Origin: an uncultured Chloroflexia bacterium
GTDB taxonomy: Bacteria; Chloroflexota; Limnocylindria; QHBO01
DNA length: 64,000 nucleotides
Assembly: GCA_963827475.1 (NCBI GenBank)
Contig: CAWHAZ010000005.1
Location: 153,048-217,047, forward strand
Reading direction: 5' to 3'
This document shows, one piece after another, positions 59,578 to 64,000 of the stretch. Made by a program: the position numbers and the translations under genes. The first letter of the stretch is position 1; every line of letters starts with the position of its first letter. A model generated the notes under the pieces. That model saw only the letters and a list, made by a program, of their open reading frames with translations. It ran no database searches and was not told the DNA's origin.

Positions 59578-61900
59578 GTTGCACGATCGAGCGCTGCCCG
59601 ATCCTTGGCGCCTGGCCCTGATCCTGGGGCTGGCGTTCGCCTTGGCCGTCACCACCGTCCTGAGCCCGTCCCCCGTGCTCGGCGGCGCCGCGGGCCAGAA
59701 GGTGGCGATCATCGTCGGCCCGGTCGGCGGCGGCTCCATCCAGAGCAACTACCTCAACCGGGGCGAGCAGATCGCCCAGTCGGTCGAGGCGCGGGGCGGC
59801 ACCGCGGTCCGCGTCTTCTCGCCGAACGCCACGTGGGCCAATGTGCTGGCCGCCGTGAACGGCGCCAACATCATCGTCTACATCGGTCACGGAAGCGGCT
59901 TTCCGAACCCGTACAGCGGGCACGCTGCAGACCGGCCTGGAACAACGGCTGGGGCCTGAACCGGATCGCCGGGCACGGACTCGGCCGACCCGACCGGCCA
60001 CGGCCACGACCTCGACCACCCAGATGGTCTACTGCGGCGAGGCCGCCATCGAGGGCAAGCCCAAGCCCGCCGCGGTCAGCTGGAGCCAGTGGTGCTGCCG
60101 GTGGACCGATCACGCCCGCCCCGGGCTTCGTCATGGTCTTCTCCAACGCCTGCTACGCGCCGGGCGCGGGCGAGACCGGAGCAGACGCACACCGACCAGC
60201 GAGGGAACCGCCCTCGACCCGGGTCAACTACTTCTCCCGACCGTACCTCGCGCTCGGCGGCTCGTACTTCGCCAGCGATCTCGGCTCAGGCTCCGTGGTG
60301 GAGGCCATCCTGGACAACCCGACCACGAGGTTCGGGGACATCTTCGAGATGGGGAATGGCTACAGCGCAGACCGCGCTCCGTCGCTTCCCGCACGGCTTC
60401 ATCAGCGGGGCCGAGAGCTGGATCCAGCGCACATCCGGTCCGGGCGGGCTCATGAGCTACTGGTACGCCTTCGCGGGCAATCCGAACCAGATGGCCGCAG
60501 CCCGGCCCGCCGAACGCCGAGTTCACCGCGTCGCCGACCGGCGGGCCTCATCGAGCTGACGGTGTCGTTCTTCAACGAGACGGGCACCTACGGTCCGACG
60601 ACCTACGCCTGGGACTTCGACGCCAACGGGACGGTCGATTCGACCGAGCACTCCCCGGTGTACAGGCTACCCGACGCCGGGCACCTACTCGGTGTCGATG
60701 ACCGCCACCAACGGCCTCGGGACCGACTCGGTGACCAGGACGAACTACATCACCGTCCGAACCCCGGTTCCGGGCACCTACGTCTCCGCTGCTCGCCCGC
60801 GCGGCTCCTCGACACCCGGATCGGGAACGGCCTGAGCGGCCAGTTCAGCGCGAACGTGCCGCGGACCTTCCAGGTCGGCGGGCGGGGCGGTGTGCCGGCC
60901 AACGCGGTGGCGGTCACCGGCAACCTGACGGTCACCAACCAGAGCTGGTCCCGGCTTCGTCTACCTTGGCCCTGACCCGGTCATCGGGCCGACCAGCTCG
61001 ACCCTGAACTTCCCGGCCGGCGACACGCGGGCCAACGGGGTGACGGTGGCCCTCGGCCCGAGCGGGACCCTGAGCGCGACCTTCGGCTATGCCGGCGACG
61101 TTCGACCTCGTGTTCGACGTGACCGGCTACTTCGTGCCCGGCAGCGCGGGGAGCACCTACGTCCCGCTGCCGCCGGCGCGGCTGCTGGACACGCGGGCGG
61201 GCACCGGCCTGGGCGGACCGTTCACGGCCCATGCCCCGCGCACGTTCCAGGTCGCCGGGGTGGGCGGGGTGCCGGCCACCGCGGTGGCGGTCACCGGCAA
61301 CCTGGCGGTCACCGGCCAGACCGGCGCCCGGCTTCGTCTACCTCGGCCCCGACCCGGTCGCCCAGCCGACCAGCTCGACGCGTGAACTTCCCGGCCGCCG
61401 ACACGCGGGCCACCGGGGTGACCGTCGCCCTCGGCCCGGGCGGGACCCTGAGCGCGACCTTCGGCTACGCCGGCAGCACCCACCTCGTGTTCGACGTGAC
61501 CGGCTACTTCGTGCCCGATGGCTCGGGGGCGACCTTCGTCCCGCTCTCCCCGTCGCGCCTGCTGGACACCCGGGTCGGCAACGGCCTGGGCGGACCGTTC
61601 TCGGCGCATGCCCCGCGCACGTTCCAGGTCCACGGCCGGGGCGGCGTGCCGGCCACCGCGGTGGGGGTCACCGGCAACCTGGCGGTCACCGGCCAGAGCG
61701 GCCCCGGCTTCGCCTTCCTCGGCCCAGATCCGGTCGCCCAGCCCGACCAGCTCGACCCTGAACTTCCCGTGCGGCCGACACCCGGGCCACCGGGGTGACG
61801 GTCGCCCTCGGCCCGGGCGGGACCCTGAGCGCGACGTTCGGCTACGCCGGCACGACCCACCTCATCTTCGACGTCACCGGCTACTTCTACACCGACTGAC
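59578..61900 (+). CDS. secreted protein with three C-terminal ~125-aa 'LLDTR' repeats; many frame breaks
   Basis: TTG start after GGAGA. Signal peptide (WRLALILGLAFALAVTTVLSPSP). The conserved N-domain (KVAIIVGPVGGGSIQSNY...IIVYIGHGSGFPNPYSG, VYCGEAAIEG, FVMVFSNACYAPGAGE) is split over three frames. The C-terminus has repeats RLLDTR.G.GL.G.F.A..PRTFQV.G.GGVPA.AVAVTGNL.VT.Q...GF.YLGPDPV..PTSSTLNFPAGDTRA.GVTVALGP.GTLSATFGYAG....FDVTGYF. Confidence 0.5.
60700..61900. repeat. tandem coding repeats, about 377 bp x3 (LLDTR units)
   Basis: ctgctggacac recurs at about 60805, 61181 and 61559. The units differ by substitutions and 1-nt indels. Confidence 0.7.
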
Positions 61901-62059
61901 GGCGCCGGCTCGAGCGCGGCCGGGCCATTAGTACCATGGGTCCCGCGCCGGGCGGTCGGTAAGGTGTGGCCCGCTGGAGTCTAGGGCGGTCGCACGCCCT
62001 CGAACCAGCTTGATCGAGGCCATCGCTCGCGTGCATCGGTTGACCTTCCTCAGCTGAAC

Positions 62060-64000
62060 GCTCGCCGCTCGCCATCGCCGTCCTCATCGTGGGTGCCTCG
62101 CTCTGGCACCTCACCGGTGGCCGCGCCCGGTCGCCCCGTCCCCGGGACGGCAGCGGACGGCACGCCGGGGTCCACGCCCGTCCCTCCTTCCGGGCGGGAG
62201 CCATCACGCCCCCGAGCGGCGATGCCCTGCCGCCGATCCGGAAGGGCTCGAGCAGCCGGGCGGTCCATGCCGAGATGCTGGCTCAGCACGGCCAGGATGC
62301 GCCCGCGTTCGAGCCGGGCGCCCGACCCGGTCCGAGCTCGCGACGTCGTCGGCCGCCGCATCGAGCGTTCCGATCGCCCCGCGGCTGCGCTGCCGAACGG
62401 CCTGCGCAAGGAGGTCCTGGGCTTCCTGCCGTACTGGATGCTGGTCCGATTCCAAGCTGCAGTGGATGCGCTACGACCTGGTGTCGACCATCGCCTTCTT
62501 CGGTGTCGCGGCCCAGTCCGACGGCACGCTGGCGACCTACGCTCCGGGCTGGCCCGGGTGGTACAGCAGCGCGATGACCAGGGTCATCGACGCCGCCCAC
62601 GCCCGCGGGGTGAAGGTGGTCCTGACCGTCACCATGATGGCGTGGGACGCGAGCACCGCCGCCCAGCAGGCGGCCCTGCTCGGGAGCGCCGCCAATCGAG
62701 CCAATCTCATCGCACGCCATCGTGGCCGCCGTCCGTGATCGGAACGCGGATGGGGTGAACCTCGACTTCGAGCCGGTCGCGGTGGCCCAGAAGCGCCCAG
62801 TACACGTCGTTCGTCCGGCAACTCAAGGCGGCGCTCGTCGCGGCCGGGGTCGGGCTCCTACCTGACGGTCTGCACCACGGCCGGGGCCGGGACGTGGGCG
62901 ACCGGGTACGACCTCGCGCGGGCTCGTGGCCCCCGGCGCGGCGGACAGCATTTTCGTGATGGGGTACGACTACAGCTGGTCGGGCTCCGCTCGTGCCGGC
63001 GGCGTGGCGCCGATGGACTCGCCCGTACATGCTCGACGTCAGCGAGTCGGTGGATGACTACCTCCGCTTCGTCCCGCCGTCGAAGCTCATCTGGGGCGTC
63101 CCGTACTACGGCCGAACCTGGCGGACGCACCTCCGACGCGCTCAATGCTCCTGACCGCGCCCGGCGCCTCGGCGTCATCGGTGGCGTACTACTACGTCGG
63201 AAACCAGGTGCTGGCCAGGCGCAGCACGGTCGTCGGTGGGATCCGGTCGGCAGGTGCCGTGGTTCGCGTACTACGACAGCGCGGCCGGCGTCATGGGTCG
63301 AGGGCTACTACGACGACGTCCAGTCCCTGGCCGTGAAGTGGGACATGGTCAACCAGCGCGGGCTGGCCGGCACCGGAATGTGGGCCCTGCTCATGGACGA
63401 GGGCAGCCCGGACCTGTGGAACCTCCTGGCGGCCAAGTTCGTGAATGTTCCCCCCACATTCACCGAAACCTACAACCCGCCGCGGACCCTGTTCTTCGAG
63501 CCAGGCACCTACGTCGGCCGCCAGTTCAACGCCTCCGGGGCCGTCACCGCCAGCCTGTCGTACACCTTGGCCACTGCTTCCAACGCGCCGACGAGCCAGC
63601 GCAGCACTATCCCCAACCAGCCTGGGACCTGGTACTACATCACGGCCGGGATCTGGGCGGGCTACTGGATTCAGGAGTCAGCCGGCGTCACCCTGGGTGC
63701 CCCGCCGCCGGCCACCTACGTGCCCCTCGACCCCGTCCCGACTGCTCGACACCCGGGTCGGCAACGGCCTCGCCGGGCCGTTCGTGGCCAACACCCCGCG
63801 CACCTTCCAGGTCGCCGGCCGGGGCGGCGTGCCGGCCAGCGCGGTGGCGGTCACCGGCAACCTGGCGGTCACCAACCCGAGCGGCGCCGGCTGCGGCCTA
63901 CCTCGGCCCGACCGCGGTCGGCAGCCCGACCAGCTCGACCCTGAACTTCCCGGCCGGCGACACCCGGGCGACCGGGGTGACGGTGGCCCTCGGCCCGGGC
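62060..64000 (+). CDS. secreted GH18-family (chitinase-like) glycoside hydrolase followed by LLDTR repeats; partial, multiple frame breaks
   Basis: KEVLGFLPYWML, YDLVSTIAFFG, GVKVVLTV, DGVNLDFE (the GH18 DxxDxDxE-like region), KLIWGVPYYGRTW and EGYYDD...MWAL. The LLDTR repeat starts again at about 63740 and runs out of the window. Confidence 0.5.

Noticed and set aside
1-64000. Mobile elements, prophage or defence islands
   Set aside because: There is no transposase, integrase, recombinase, terminal inverted repeat or tRNA-flanked island. The phage_holin-like region is an N-terminal domain of a chromosomal enzyme. RadC and CPBP occur here in a housekeeping context.

Overview
The window is a high-GC (about 70%) bacterial chromosomal segment with an Actinobacteria-like gene set. 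Supporting markers are GuaB3-type IMPDH paralog, UPF0182 protein, GlgE, a septum-formation-family lipoprotein, a Cheo-type LexA box (GAAC-N4-GTTC) and DUF11 surface repeats. About 55 protein-coding genes are supported. They cover proline/threonine/histidine catabolism (pruA, tdh-kbl, hutH-hutU, formiminotransferase, formimino-THF cyclodeaminase-folD), an SOS block (lexA-alkZ-like-dinB), rplI-dnaB, guaB3-guaA, a UPF0182 protein, GlgE and mreB-mreC. There is also a riboswitch-like leader in front of a NitT/TauT-family ABC importer whose NMT1/THI5-type binding protein suggests a thiamine-precursor (ThiXYZ-like) transporter. Two loci are dominated by long tandem coding repeats. The first (7.2-12.9 kb) holds a giant DUF11-repeat surface protein plus a small paralog; both share a conserved C-terminal anchor and an identical terminator hairpin. 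The second (59.6-64 kb) holds two secreted proteins, one with a GH18 domain, carrying about 125-aa 'LLDTR' repeats. I see no rRNA, tRNA, CRISPR, transposase or integrase. At least 11 otherwise well-conserved genes, and all the repeat genes, carry single-base frame disruptions. This is more consistent with indel-type assembly or sequencing error than with biology and should be checked before any pseudogene call. Coordinates for small motifs (hairpins, boxes) are good to about 2 nt. Family assignments come from recognisable motifs in the translations only; no database search was possible.
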